Notes under the pieces: model-generated
Told to the model about the DNA's origin: nothing
The model's input: the letters and a program-made list of their open reading frames with translations, nothing else
Database searches by the model: none
Source of the DNA: Nemertoderma westbladi
Lineage: Eukaryota > Animalia > Xenacoelomorpha
DNA length: 64,000 nucleotides
NCBI GenBank assembly: GCA_032718475.1
Contig: JAUCBJ010001846.1
Span: 248,001 to 312,000, forward strand
Direction: 5' to 3'
Translations under genes and position numbers: made by a program
Shown here: positions 29,228 through 40,100 of the stretch, one piece after another
How positions within the stretch are numbered: position 1 is the stretch's first letter
Layout: each line of letters begins with the position of its first letter

Positions 29228-32200
29228 ATGCTTATTAAAGACTTTGTAAAGCCAGTTAAGTGTTTTTTGATTGCCCTCATTGTAATAGCTTGTATTAAAC
29301 CCTTGGCTATGTTGGCTGGGCCGGTGTTGGTCAACACGCTTCAAAGCAATGAGGTAATGACCACGGCCGCCTCAGATTTAATTACCTTAACACCCAATAC
29401 CTTGGCACTACCTAGTTTTGATGGCGAAGAGCTTCGTATGCATAACCCAAACACAAGCACTGCTGCAACCTATGGCGAGTTAATTAATTATGGGGTGATC
29501 GATGCGTTAGGAGGGCGACTAATCATCGGTGAGTTTCAAGGTAATAACGACCCGGTTACCAATAGCACGACAGCAGATCGGGCAGTTTATCAAAATATTG
29601 GTTTATTTGATTGTATGTTTCGCTATACCAAAACAGCCCTTGGGGTCAGCACTATCAGTAATTTGCTTCGCCAAAACATCAACTACCATAATTTATCAGG
29701 CTGTGTGTTGTTGGGTCGGAATTTAATTCAGACTTTCAGGGCGTATCAAATCCCAAGTAACATGATTGAAAACGTCCCACCTGCTCTTTTTTTAGTCATG
29801 CAAAACGCCCCTTTTCGTGTGGCAGTTACTGGTTCAGGTTTGTGTACTGATTATTTGTATTGTTTGGTATTGGCTGACCAAATTAAACAAAACGGGGGGT
29901 CGTGGAAAAGTTTTTCTCTTCATGAGGATCATCCCACCTCAACCATTGGTTATACAGGTGTTGTGAAAGATGCAAGTAGTAATAACGTAAATTTAACGCG
30001 TGAGTTTGCAAGTTTACCGACTGTAACCGATTATCAGGCGGAGATCACAAAACCACAATATGGTTTTTATTACCCCCCCTATTGGATGCCTTATATGACA
30101 CGCCAAGGCAGCGTTTGTGTGTGGGATACGGTGCTAACCAATGGCAGTTTTAATGGGGGTACTTCAACCGCTTCCCAGCCTTCTTGCGTGTTTCGCGATA
30201 ACTTTTTTTACCTAAGTGATTTTTCAAATAATTATGTGTCGCGAAGCGAGCCTTCACATGTACGGCCGCAGCATTTTCGTTATTTGGTGGGTTTATCAAG
30301 GTACAACACAACGGGTGATGAAGCGAAAATCAACTATGCGATCCCCCAACACAAGGAATTTTATTTAGGCAAGCCAGCCCGTTATGGCGAGTATGAGCCA
30401 CGGTATTATCGAAGCGTTTTTCCAACAGGTAGCGAGGCAATTGATTATGTAGAGTTTCCTGGGCCTTCCACCTTGGCCTTTTTTCCACATATGGGGGCGT
30501 ATGAGAAAAACGGCTTTTTGTATTATAGAGCTAATTTTGTCGGGGTTTCTTATACAGCGATAACGCCAGAATTGGGGGGTATTGAACAAAATACCACCAT
30601 TCAAAATACCACCTTTAAGTTTAAGTCATTCTTCCAGTTTGGAGGTAACCGAGAGATCACACCTAACACCATGGGGGGGTTGGCAAACTATATTAACAAC
30701 GATTATGATGATTTAGCATCCAACATCACCAAGCCGATGACCATGCGTGTTTCGGTTATTCCTCACACAAGCACAGGGCTGTATCGAGGTTTTCCGATAT
30801 TAACAGGTTATGATAATCGAACCGCTACCTTTAATTTTAATGTGCTTGATGAAGATGTTAACGGTATTTCACTTAATGGTTCGCTAACAACCTTAACGTT
30901 TTCAACAATTCAAGAATCTAGTCAGGTCACTTTCAGTATTGCCTTAAACGCAAGGCCACGGGCAACGGTATTGTTAAAGCCTGAGATTAGTTGGCGGCTA
31001 CTTACTAATGTTGGCAGCCCATTTGCCCCACTTGTTGCAAGTTCAAGTGATTGGGGGGTCACCCTTACACTTTCCACACAAACCATTAACCACTATAAAA
31101 CTTATTACAACGGCTCGCATTCTGCCCACAGTACTAAAACCTTTGCAAGTGATACCTTGCAATTTAGCCCTGTTGATTGGAACATGCCTCGCATTTTAGT
31201 ATTAGGTGCTTTAGCTGATAGTACGATCGAGTTTGATAAACAATACCAAATTAAATTTAATTCTGATCTGTATCAACCTAACGCTTCACAAAATCAGCTG
31301 GATTATCAGCTATATCATCCCTATGGGATTAGTAATGCAACTAGTAAAAGTATGGCACCTATTGTTAGTGAGGTACGTATTGGTGTATCAAGGAATAATG
31401 AGTCTGTTTTTATAACACCTACACTTGATTATTGCCAAAAGCCAACGCTCGCCAATAGAGTACAGTCTTGTTCAGTGACCACCGTTTTTAGCGAGCAGTA
31501 CAACTTTAATTGGGCGCAGCAGCCGGTTGATATGATGGCCTTTGCTACCACGGTTGTTAATTTAATTGAACCGCTTTCTCTTGGGCAATCTCAACAAATT
31601 GCTATGGCTAATTTGACTAGTCGTTTGGTGACTGATATTGCGTTTTTTACAGCCTCTAATTTGAGCACTACACTTTCGGTAACAAGTGGTGCAACCGCTG
31701 ATTTAACGGTTGTGTTTAGTCAACTGCCAACAGGCAGTGTTGTGGGGTCAACCTCTGTTTTGATACCCCCTAGTCAGTCCAGTGCTACCTTTAGCTTGAG
31801 CCATCAGGTATTGGCCGATACATTGATTGAGGGGTTAGAGACAGTGCAAGTTTCTTTACTAGCCCATCGCCCAACCAATACCAATATGGTTTTATCTTAT
31901 CAGATCAATATTTATGACAATGATTTGGGGTTATTTGACTTAAATCATCAGGTCAGTCCACCTATTATGATTGATCCCTACAAAGCGGAATCACCCCGCT
32001 GGGTGTTTGAAAACACCACGCAAACTTTTAATGTGCTGAGTAACCTTGATTTTGTGCCGTTTACAGTTAGTTCAACTGTTTCATCAACTTTTAATTGGTT
32101 GATGAGTTCTACCCTCACAGAGGGTTTGGGAGTTTTGTTTACCAATACCTCAACGCTTTTAGCCCCCCAGATTTTAGGGGCGACTAAAACATTGGAGATT

Positions 32201-35200
32201 TCAAACAATGGCAGCAGTATTATGCCTGATAGTGTGCTCAATATTTTTGGTTCAACAGATGCGAATATCACAAATCCAACCAACCCCAGTTTATCTTATA
32301 TTGTTCAGGATAAAGATATTGGTCAAATTTCGATGACTTTTATCTCAGCCACACGGGTGTTGGCTGAGATAGAAAACAATGTTTCGCCACTGAAACAATC
32401 GGTTACAGCTCAGCTGACTATTTTTCCGCAAATTGCAGCCTCTGTCACCATTACGTTTGAATATCGAAATACGGTGGGAAGCGTTCTTGATAACACTGAA
32501 TTAAGTGTGGGTACTGTTTTTCTTACCCCCAATCAAACACAGACCATTGTGACATTAACGGGTATTTTTGATCGAATAACCGATGGGGATCAGTTTTTAA
32601 GTATTTATGGCATGCTTTCAAGCAATGAGATTGCACAATTATCAAACTACCGCGTTACACAAAGCATTGGTAGTACTTGGACAGTGGTTGATGTAGATTG
32701 GCCTGGGGTTACTTATACGAAATCTGTTTTCACAGAAGGCACGACCGACACCTTGGGTTTTGGCTTGCTGCTTAACCCCATTGACGAGGTTAGTGCAGTG
32801 CTGGCTTTTCCAACACAGCTTATTTTACCCAGCCACACGCTAAATGGGCAAACTGCTTATTCATTCGATAGTACCAATTGGAGCGTGTTTCAACCCGTGA
32901 GTTTATTGTTTCCTGAAGATGATTTAATGACAGGTAATGCCAGCACAACACTTCGATTTAGCTTTTCTCAGGCTGATGCAACCCAGCTTTACAATGGCAT
33001 GGTTGATAATGTGCTGTTAACCATTTTAGATAACGATATCCCTACCAGAGCGCTTAATGTTACCGATACAGGAGTAGCAGGCCCTGATCTTCGTTTGGTG
33101 CTTGAAAATGCAGGCAGTAAAACAATTAACATTGCTTTAAGTGTTAAGCCCCTTTATCCCATTGAGGTAACCGCCCTTGTACAAGTGCCAGACCCAAACA
33201 AGGCCGATGCTTTTATTTTTGTGACCAATACCATTGTGTTTGATTCCTCTAACTGGAATATTCCACGTCCCTTGACTTTGGTGACAGTGGATAATGATTT
33301 TTTTCATGGAGATCAAGGTGCCACTTTACAGCTTTCTTTTAAAGGGCAAAATTGGACATCCCCGATTGATAACACCTCACAAAACATTAATTTTGTGATT
33401 CAAGATGATGAAACAATTACCTTATTGATGAGCTATTTAGGTATTGATGGCATTACACATCCTATTAATGACCAAACATTTAAAACCATTGAGGGGGTGA
33501 GTTCTTTAGTTCATGTGCGTATTGGGGGGGCGACCCCCATTGACCCCGTCACGGTGCTGTTGTCCAATGCCCCAGTTTTAGAGGCCTTATTGTCAGCAAG
33601 TCAATTGGTATTTGATAGGGGTAATTGGATGGCGACTCAATCGGTTGATATATTTCCGATCAAGGATAATGTCACAAACCCCAGGGGTAAGTTAAATTTT
33701 ATAACCGCCACACTTGTTAGTGGGGTCAGTACTGTTGCTACCAATCGATCATTTGCATTAAATATTTTTGATGCGCAATCCATTGTAATAAGCCCCCCAG
33801 CGAATGTTACCAGCACATCAGGCACATTTACAAACCCAGATGGCACAACAGTTTCGTTTGCTTATTCAACCACAGAGTCGGTTAGCATTCCCATCCAATT
33901 TAACCTTTCAATCTCTGACAATTCTAATTATCACATCACATCTACCCTGCCTTTTAGTGTGGTTTATCCATCAGGGGGTAGTTCACTGTTATTTACTTCA
34001 CAAAACTATGCCTCGCCCCAGCTTGTTTATTTTACGCCTCCCACCAATGGGTTTATTGAGCCTCCTTATTTAAAGCAAATTGATATTGGCTCAGCTAATT
34101 CAGCTTACCCGGCTGCTGCTTCATTTAATGTGTTGGTGGTTAATGCAGACGTGGCCTCTATGCAATTGATCCCTGCCACCTCTGTTATATTTGAAAACAC
34201 AAGTGTATCAGCGGTATTTAAATTAAGCGCACCGCCTGTTCATCCAGTGACTGTTAATTTATCATTTGTAGGTGTGGCGCCCAATGCGTCTTATACAATT
34301 TTACCTAGCATTGGCCCAAGTGTGTTGGTGTTTGACTCAAGCAATTGGGCGGGCCAACCGCTGCAGGTGGGTGCTGGTTATCGCATGGATAATTCAAGCC
34401 ATACTTTATTGGTAAAAGCGATTGCCGATAGCCTTTATATGTCTAAAATCCTAGATTATCATCTGCAAACGGTGACCCATTTATTTGAAGTGCAAAATGC
34501 CACACTATCGGGTCAACTAATTGTCGACACCACTCACTGGACAACTCATGTGTTTAAAGAGGGTGAGATTGCAAGCATTGTATTTGGGGTGACCAACATA
34601 TTACCCCCCTCTTTGAAGGTGTTGGTTGATTTTTCGTTTGATGAATTGGAGATGGCAATTGTTGATTCATCCTCACAGGTTTTCTCTGGCAGTGCAGCAC
34701 CTTCTATTACCCAGCATAGCTGTGTATTTGGGGTGGTTTATGGGCAGTCAGATCGCTGTGTCGCCACCATTCGTTTTTATCAAGATTTAGTGGTTGAACC
34801 CCTTGAGTCCACCTCTATTTCATTTAGGTTATTGGCTGGTGAAGGGGCTGCGCCACTGGATATTAAAATTGTGACGTTGACAATTGTGAATGCCACCTTA
34901 AATATTGTCTTACCAGCCACGCCTGTTCAAAAACTCACCATTACTTACCCAAACAAGCCTGCCACAGTACCCATTGATGTCATTGGGAAAGAAATTGAGT
35001 GGCCCTTTGGCTCTTTTGTGGATGCACAAACCAAGTCTTTTCCCTCTTTGATTGATGTATTTAAATCAATTAACCCTATTTTGGTAGAACAAACCAATAC
35101 AGTTTTAACGAATTTACCTAATCAAATTCCAGCCAGTATTGTGTACCTACCTGATACAGGTGTTAATTTATTATATGTTTCACATCATTTGCATGAGGGC

Positions 35201-37060
35201 AGTTTAAGTTATGCCTTTTATTTTGATAAAGATAACGACCAATACCCCGATTTTTTATTCAACCCTGAAAAAAACGTCATCGATTTTGTGAACATTCACA
35301 TTTTGAAGCTAGAAGGTGTTAAGGTCACTGAACTGCCACTAAGGGTTAGTGAAGCCACCCGTCAAAACGGTGAATTTTATGGCAAGATTTTTGCAGAACA
35401 AGAGCGCTTTGTTAATTCATCAGTCAGCCTGAAACTACCTATCTCTTACCCCAAAATATTATTGCGATCCCCTTCTAATTACCCAATGACGCTGTATTCG
35501 TTTGTAGGCGATGCCTTCAAGCCAATTGGCAGCATTACCTCAACCGCGCCTTGTGCTGTACGAATTAATTGCTCGCCTGTTGAATTTAATTTTGATTATC
35601 AAAATTATCAAAATTTCCCAGATACAGGCCATAACGTGATGTTTGCAACCGGTAGTCGCAGTGGGGTGGTGCCTTTTGTAGTGAATAATCGTACTGATAT
35701 CAAGCTTATTAACACCCCTAGCAGACGGGTAGTTAAAAGAGGGGAGCTTTTAACCTATCAAGTACGTTTAACGCCTAAAAGTGCCACCTCAGTGCAGGTG
35801 TTTGAAAACGACTGGGTATATGAATACCTACCAATAGGGCTTAGGATGTTAACCAATTCTGCCCGTCTTGTGGTGGGAAGTACTGTTCAAAGTATTGGTG
35901 TGACTCAAGTGGATGCCACCAGCAACCTATGGCGATTTAATTTAACGCCAGCCCAAAGTGACAAAATAGATATTTATTATCAAGTATTGGTACAACATAA
36001 AGCCAGCTTTGGTGAGAAAAAAAGCCTGACGTATTTTAGCAATGTTCAAACCACACAACCCACCGCTGTTAAAGATGAACCCATTATTCGCGTTAAACCC
36101 GATGTGATATTTGATACCTCACTACTTTTAGGAAAAGTATTTGTTGATGTTAACCGAAACAATATTCAGGATGAAGGAGAGCGTGGTGTAGCAGGGGTTA
36201 AAATTATGCTAGAAGATGGCCGAGAAATTACCACTGATCAATACGGGCGTTACCATGTGGCGCAGCTTATCAACGGTCGGCATGTGCTTCGCTTGGTGGA
36301 AAGTAGTATAAAAAATAGCGATCTGTACCTGCCGCACAAGAATATGAAACTTATTAATGCCAATGCTAGCAGCCTACAAAAAGCGAATTTTGCTTTGTGG
36401 GAAAACAAAACGAGAAGCCAAAAAATTGCCAAACATGCCTTTTTAAATGTGGTGTTGCTTAAAGATGTACATATTTCATTCTTAAACCAACGCGATTTGT
36501 TAAGCCCTGTAGAATTTCAAGTGGTGAGTAACTTTCCCCACCTGATTGATCGCTTTCAAATTGATATTTTTGATTCTAGCGGTTCAATCATCCATAGCAT
36601 TTACGGACATCAAGATACACTATTTTCAAAACACCGCTGGAATGGTAAAGACAAGCAAGGCCAGCTGATCATTAGTGACGAGCATATTTATGCATATCGT
36701 CTTGTTGCCTATGATAAGCAGGATCGAATGTTTTATACCACCTCTCACCATTTCGTTGCTAACAAAATCAACACCTTTGATGAGCTTCGCCACGTTAAAT
36801 CTAGCTTGGGTATTGTGCCGGTGGATAATTTAGTATTTGTTAATGGTTTAGTTTTAAGTGATAATTTTAACTATAGTGATCATCAACTGGTGAGGGTAAA
36901 TGCATTGGATTATCAATTTATTCAAGTCCGAAATACCCAAATCAATGAAGAGAAGGTTTATCCCATTGGTTTTTTAGGGGTACTTGATCCAGAAGATGCG
37001 CGGTCTGACTTTTACATCATTCTGCCCAGAGGGAAGTACCAAATTAAGGCATTCAATTAA
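29228..37060 (+). CDS. Giant exported repeat protein 1 (2610 aa; Calx-beta/Ig-like repeats, DUF11 + SdrD-B-like + FlgD-Ig-like C-terminus)
   Basis: Signal/lipobox-like N-terminus (LIVIAC); repeated F(D/T)xxNW..P; GKVFVDVNRNNIQDEGERGVAGV..TTDQYGRYH; WNGKDKQG. Confidence 0.8.
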   Translation: MLIKDFVKPVKCFLIALIVIACIKPLAMLAGPVLVNTLQSNEVMTTAASDLITLTPNTLALPSFDGEELRMHNPNTSTAATYGELINYGVIDALGGRLIIGEFQGNNDPVTNSTTADRAVYQNIGLFDCMFRYTKTALGVSTISNLLRQNINYHNLSGCVLLGRNLIQTFRAYQIPSNMIENVPPALFLVMQNAPFRVAVTGSGLCTDYLYCLVLADQIKQNGGSWKSFSLHEDHPTSTIGYTGVVKDASSNNVNLTREFASLPTVTDYQAEITKPQYGFYYPPYWMPYMTRQGSVCVWDTVLTNGSFNGGTSTASQPSCVFRDNFFYLSDFSNNYVSRSEPSHVRPQHFRYLVGLSRYNTTGDEAKINYAIPQHKEFYLGKPARYGEYEPRYYRSVFPTGSEAIDYVEFPGPSTLAFFPHMGAYEKNGFLYYRANFVGVSYTAITPELGGIEQNTTIQNTTFKFKSFFQFGGNREITPNTMGGLANYINNDYDDLASNITKPMTMRVSVIPHTSTGLYRGFPILTGYDNRTATFNFNVLDEDVNGISLNGSLTTLTFSTIQESSQVTFSIALNARPRATVLLKPEISWRLLTNVGSPFAPLVASSSDWGVTLTLSTQTINHYKTYYNGSHSAHSTKTFASDTLQFSPVDWNMPRILVLGALADSTIEFDKQYQIKFNSDLYQPNASQNQLDYQLYHPYGISNATSKSMAPIVSEVRIGVSRNNESVFITPTLDYCQKPTLANRVQSCSVTTVFSEQYNFNWAQQPVDMMAFATTVVNLIEPLSLGQSQQIAMANLTSRLVTDIAFFTASNLSTTLSVTSGATADLTVVFSQLPTGSVVGSTSVLIPPSQSSATFSLSHQVLADTLIEGLETVQVSLLAHRPTNTNMVLSYQINIYDNDLGLFDLNHQVSPPIMIDPYKAESPRWVFENTTQTFNVLSNLDFVPFTVSSTVSSTFNWLMSSTLTEGLGVLFTNTSTLLAPQILGATKTLEISNNGSSIMPDSVLNIFGSTDANITNPTNPSLSYIVQDKDIGQISMTFISATRVLAEIENNVSPLKQSVTAQLTIFPQIAASVTITFEYRNTVGSVLDNTELSVGTVFLTPNQTQTIVTLTGIFDRITDGDQFLSIYGMLSSNEIAQLSNYRVTQSIGSTWTVVDVDWPGVTYTKSVFTEGTTDTLGFGLLLNPIDEVSAVLAFPTQLILPSHTLNGQTAYSFDSTNWSVFQPVSLLFPEDDLMTGNASTTLRFSFSQADATQLYNGMVDNVLLTILDNDIPTRALNVTDTGVAGPDLRLVLENAGSKTINIALSVKPLYPIEVTALVQVPDPNKADAFIFVTNTIVFDSSNWNIPRPLTLVTVDNDFFHGDQGATLQLSFKGQNWTSPIDNTSQNINFVIQDDETITLLMSYLGIDGITHPINDQTFKTIEGVSSLVHVRIGGATPIDPVTVLLSNAPVLEALLSASQLVFDRGNWMATQSVDIFPIKDNVTNPRGKLNFITATLVSGVSTVATNRSFALNIFDAQSIVISPPANVTSTSGTFTNPDGTTVSFAYSTTESVSIPIQFNLSISDNSNYHITSTLPFSVVYPSGGSSLLFTSQNYASPQLVYFTPPTNGFIEPPYLKQIDIGSANSAYPAAASFNVLVVNADVASMQLIPATSVIFENTSVSAVFKLSAPPVHPVTVNLSFVGVAPNASYTILPSIGPSVLVFDSSNWAGQPLQVGAGYRMDNSSHTLLVKAIADSLYMSKILDYHLQTVTHLFEVQNATLSGQLIVDTTHWTTHVFKEGEIASIVFGVTNILPPSLKVLVDFSFDELEMAIVDSSSQVFSGSAAPSITQHSCVFGVVYGQSDRCVATIRFYQDLVVEPLESTSISFRLLAGEGAAPLDIKIVTLTIVNATLNIVLPATPVQKLTITYPNKPATVPIDVIGKEIEWPFGSFVDAQTKSFPSLIDVFKSINPILVEQTNTVLTNLPNQIPASIVYLPDTGVNLLYVSHHLHEGSLSYAFYFDKDNDQYPDFLFNPEKNVIDFVNIHILKLEGVKVTELPLRVSEATRQNGEFYGKIFAEQERFVNSSVSLKLPISYPKILLRSPSNYPMTLYSFVGDAFKPIGSITSTAPCAVRINCSPVEFNFDYQNYQNFPDTGHNVMFATGSRSGVVPFVVNNRTDIKLINTPSRRVVKRGELLTYQVRLTPKSATSVQVFENDWVYEYLPIGLRMLTNSARLVVGSTVQSIGVTQVDATSNLWRFNLTPAQSDKIDIYYQVLVQHKASFGEKKSLTYFSNVQTTQPTAVKDEPIIRVKPDVIFDTSLLLGKVFVDVNRNNIQDEGERGVAGVKIMLEDGREITTDQYGRYHVAQLINGRHVLRLVESSIKNSDLYLPHKNMKLINANASSLQKANFALWENKTRSQKIAKHAFLNVVLLKDVHISFLNQRDLLSPVEFQVVSNFPHLIDRFQIDIFDSSGSIIHSIYGHQDTLFSKHRWNGKDKQGQLIISDEHIYAYRLVAYDKQDRMFYTTSHHFVANKINTFDELRHVKSSLGIVPVDNLVFVNGLVLSDNFNYSDHQLVRVNALDYQFIQVRNTQINEEKVYPIGFLGVLDPEDARSDFYIILPRGKYQIKAFN

Positions 37061-37115
37061 TTGCCTATGATATAATCAATGAAATTTATTAACATCAAAT
37101 ATTTACTTTTTGTTC

Positions 37116-40100
37116 ATGGGCTTTCAGGGTTTAGGTTTTTTGGTGCGCATACCAGCCTTATACGTTTTTTTATGGTTGGGGATCTTTTTTGGTGCGCCCT
37201 CGCATGCTGCCACCTATTTAACCATTACCGGGGAAAGTACCCCAGGGGCTTCGCGCACCTTTCATTTGGGTGAAGGGGAAAAACTATTTCTTCAAACCAT
37301 TGATGATCCTTCTGGTCGTTATGAGGTGTTTGAAAACGTTGGGTTTGACGATATTGTTTTTGACGGCACGTTGTTACCTGCGAAAGGGCATATCGATGCC
37401 CGCCGAGCGGGTTTTTTTAACCCCCTAAGTAAGGTTGGCACCTTAAATTCCTGCCAGTTAACCAATATTTTTGGCTGTGTGAGGACTGAGGGCGAGCAAA
37501 TGCACCCCAGTGGTTTGCAAACCTTGGGGTATCTGGAAAATTCCAGTCAAGTACTCGCCTTTCAACTGTTGCACTCGCCTGATTTGATTGCCAACCAAGC
37601 CATACAAGAAGTCATCTTTGTGTTTCAAACCAACTACCCCCATATTCGATCAGATGTAACCGGGGTTTTAAATTTATCAATGATCAATACTTATACCGAT
37701 TTGGGTATTTCGTTTGAGCCGGGGCGTTTTTATAACAACTATCAAAACCTCAACGTCACCATTCCCATTCAGCGAACAGAGGTGATCAGCATTCAATATT
37801 TTAGTTCTGACACACAACCTTTGAGCCAAGTGAAGCTGTTTAGCTTTGATGCCTCCCAAAGCATTTTGATAATTGATTCTGGTGTGGAAAATTATTCACA
37901 GCCCGCTACACTGTCATTTCCAAACACCAAACCCTATGAGGTTGTTTACCTAAATGCCACGACCACCGCCCCTACCACCCAAACACTGAATTTTGTGTTA
38001 TCAGAGAACAGCCCGCAGGATACAGCCACCGCTTTATTACACCTACCCCCATTTGAATACTATGACCTGCCGCATGTCACCGTCACGGTTCATTCAGCCA
38101 ATCCGGATGTCTCACTGGTGTTTGCTAATAACCGTGCGACTCAAATTTTTATTCCCACCCAAGATACCACTCACCTGATTGTAGATGTCAGCCTCTTTAG
38201 CACCCTAACCCAAGCAGGGGTGTTTAATTACCAGCGGACAGACAATGTTAGTTTTTCATTTAATATCACCGAGGTGTTTTCCTTTTTGCCGTCCGGGCAA
38301 AAGCAGTTCATTAATCTGAGTGAAAAATCCTACCCAGTTAACCTGGTTGTAGATAAAGACACCTACCCCAACTTTACTTATCGCACCCTTGAGCGGGGGT
38401 CTCAAACAATGGGTTCCATCACCCATACATTTTTTGAAGATGATCAAATCACTTTTACCTTGGGGTTAATGGATCATATCACCTCCACTATTACTAACAC
38501 CGATCCATTTTTGGCACATTTTGCACCTAATATAAACCCACTAACCGTTCGATTGTTACTAAACTTTCCAACCGATACCACCCCGGCCTCGCATCAAATT
38601 GTCATCAATAACCAGCAAACCATCACCATTAATCCCAACACGTCCGCAAGTGTTGTGTTTAATTATGCACTCACCCCTGACGCACCTAGTGCTTTAATTA
38701 GTTTGGTCATTAATCGCAATAACTTGGTAGACATTGAACCTTACCAATTTAATATTGCCCCACTTTTTGAGGTGGGTACACCTAACATGTTGTTTAAGGT
38801 GTTAGGGGAGGAAATGGCGGCTAGTCAGTCGTACCAAATTTTTAACGCCAACCCGTATGCGGTATCGCTACAGTTTGATGCGCCTTACATTAGGGATAAT
38901 CAAACCACCACATTTAATTACCTAACCGTTGAGGGTAAACTGGCGGCATCTGTTACTTACGCATGGGAAACCATTTTCACTCACGTTGATGGGCAAACCC
39001 GCTTGATTGATGCCACTTATGTATTCCCCGATGGCGTATTTTTGACCAATCAAGGGGCCATGACACGCGTGATGAGCCCAAATACCTTTAATAATCCCCA
39101 AAATGTCTCCGTTGTTTTCAATAATGAAACGATTCGAGGTTGGGGAAGTGTTACCTTAAAACTCACCCCTGAGATCACCACACCACGGCTGCCCACCCAA
39201 AGTTTTGATGTTTTCTTGATGCATGATATTTCAGGTATTCAATTTGCAAGCCCGCTGATTGAGTTGTTTGACAGCACCCAAGCGTTATCCGCTCAACTCA
39301 ATATCACCGAAACGATTGGTGCCACCATGGTGCTTGATATCGTGCTAACACCCCCCTTACCATCGTTTATGAACCTTAGTATTGGGGGTACGAATACTTT
39401 AAGTGCATCAGTGGTGCTAACCCCTTATTCAAGCACTGTGAATTTTATTGCTTTATCAGTCCTTGATGATTTCAGGCAATTCGGTACACAAACCTATTTG
39501 TTGGGGGCAACGCTTTCTTATCTAACAAACACCTTGTGGCCCACCCCGCTTTTGAATGTACCCTTTTACGCCACCGATAGTGCCACGGTTTTAATAAAAG
39601 ACGAAACGCGGTCGGTGAGTATGTCTTTTTATCAACAGGTCCCTTCGGTAACCATCAGCCCCTTTGTGAAACTAGATGAAGGTAGTACCCTTGTGGGTTT
39701 ATTCACGTTGGCTGCTGAACCTATTACTGCCACGATATTTGATATTAGCTTTCAAGAATATTTAAATCCCAACTTTGGCACTGAGCTTATTTCATTTTCA
39801 TCCACCCAATTGATCTTTCATTCAGCCAATTGGTCAACAGGTGTATCTGTGGTAATGACTGCCATTGAAAATAACACCTTAACGTTTGAGGCAGGTTTTG
39901 ATGTCACCATTACCACCAGCCATCCCTCGGCCCGTTATTTCCCTGCCACGTTCAACTTTAATGTAACGGATAATGACAGTATTCAACCGGTGTTCTTTTT
40001 ACCCGATGTTACTGAAGGAATCAGTGCCAGTGGGTCTTTAGGGATTGCCCTGAATCGTTCTATTATTACCCCTCTGACCGCCACGCTATTTTTAGCGCTT

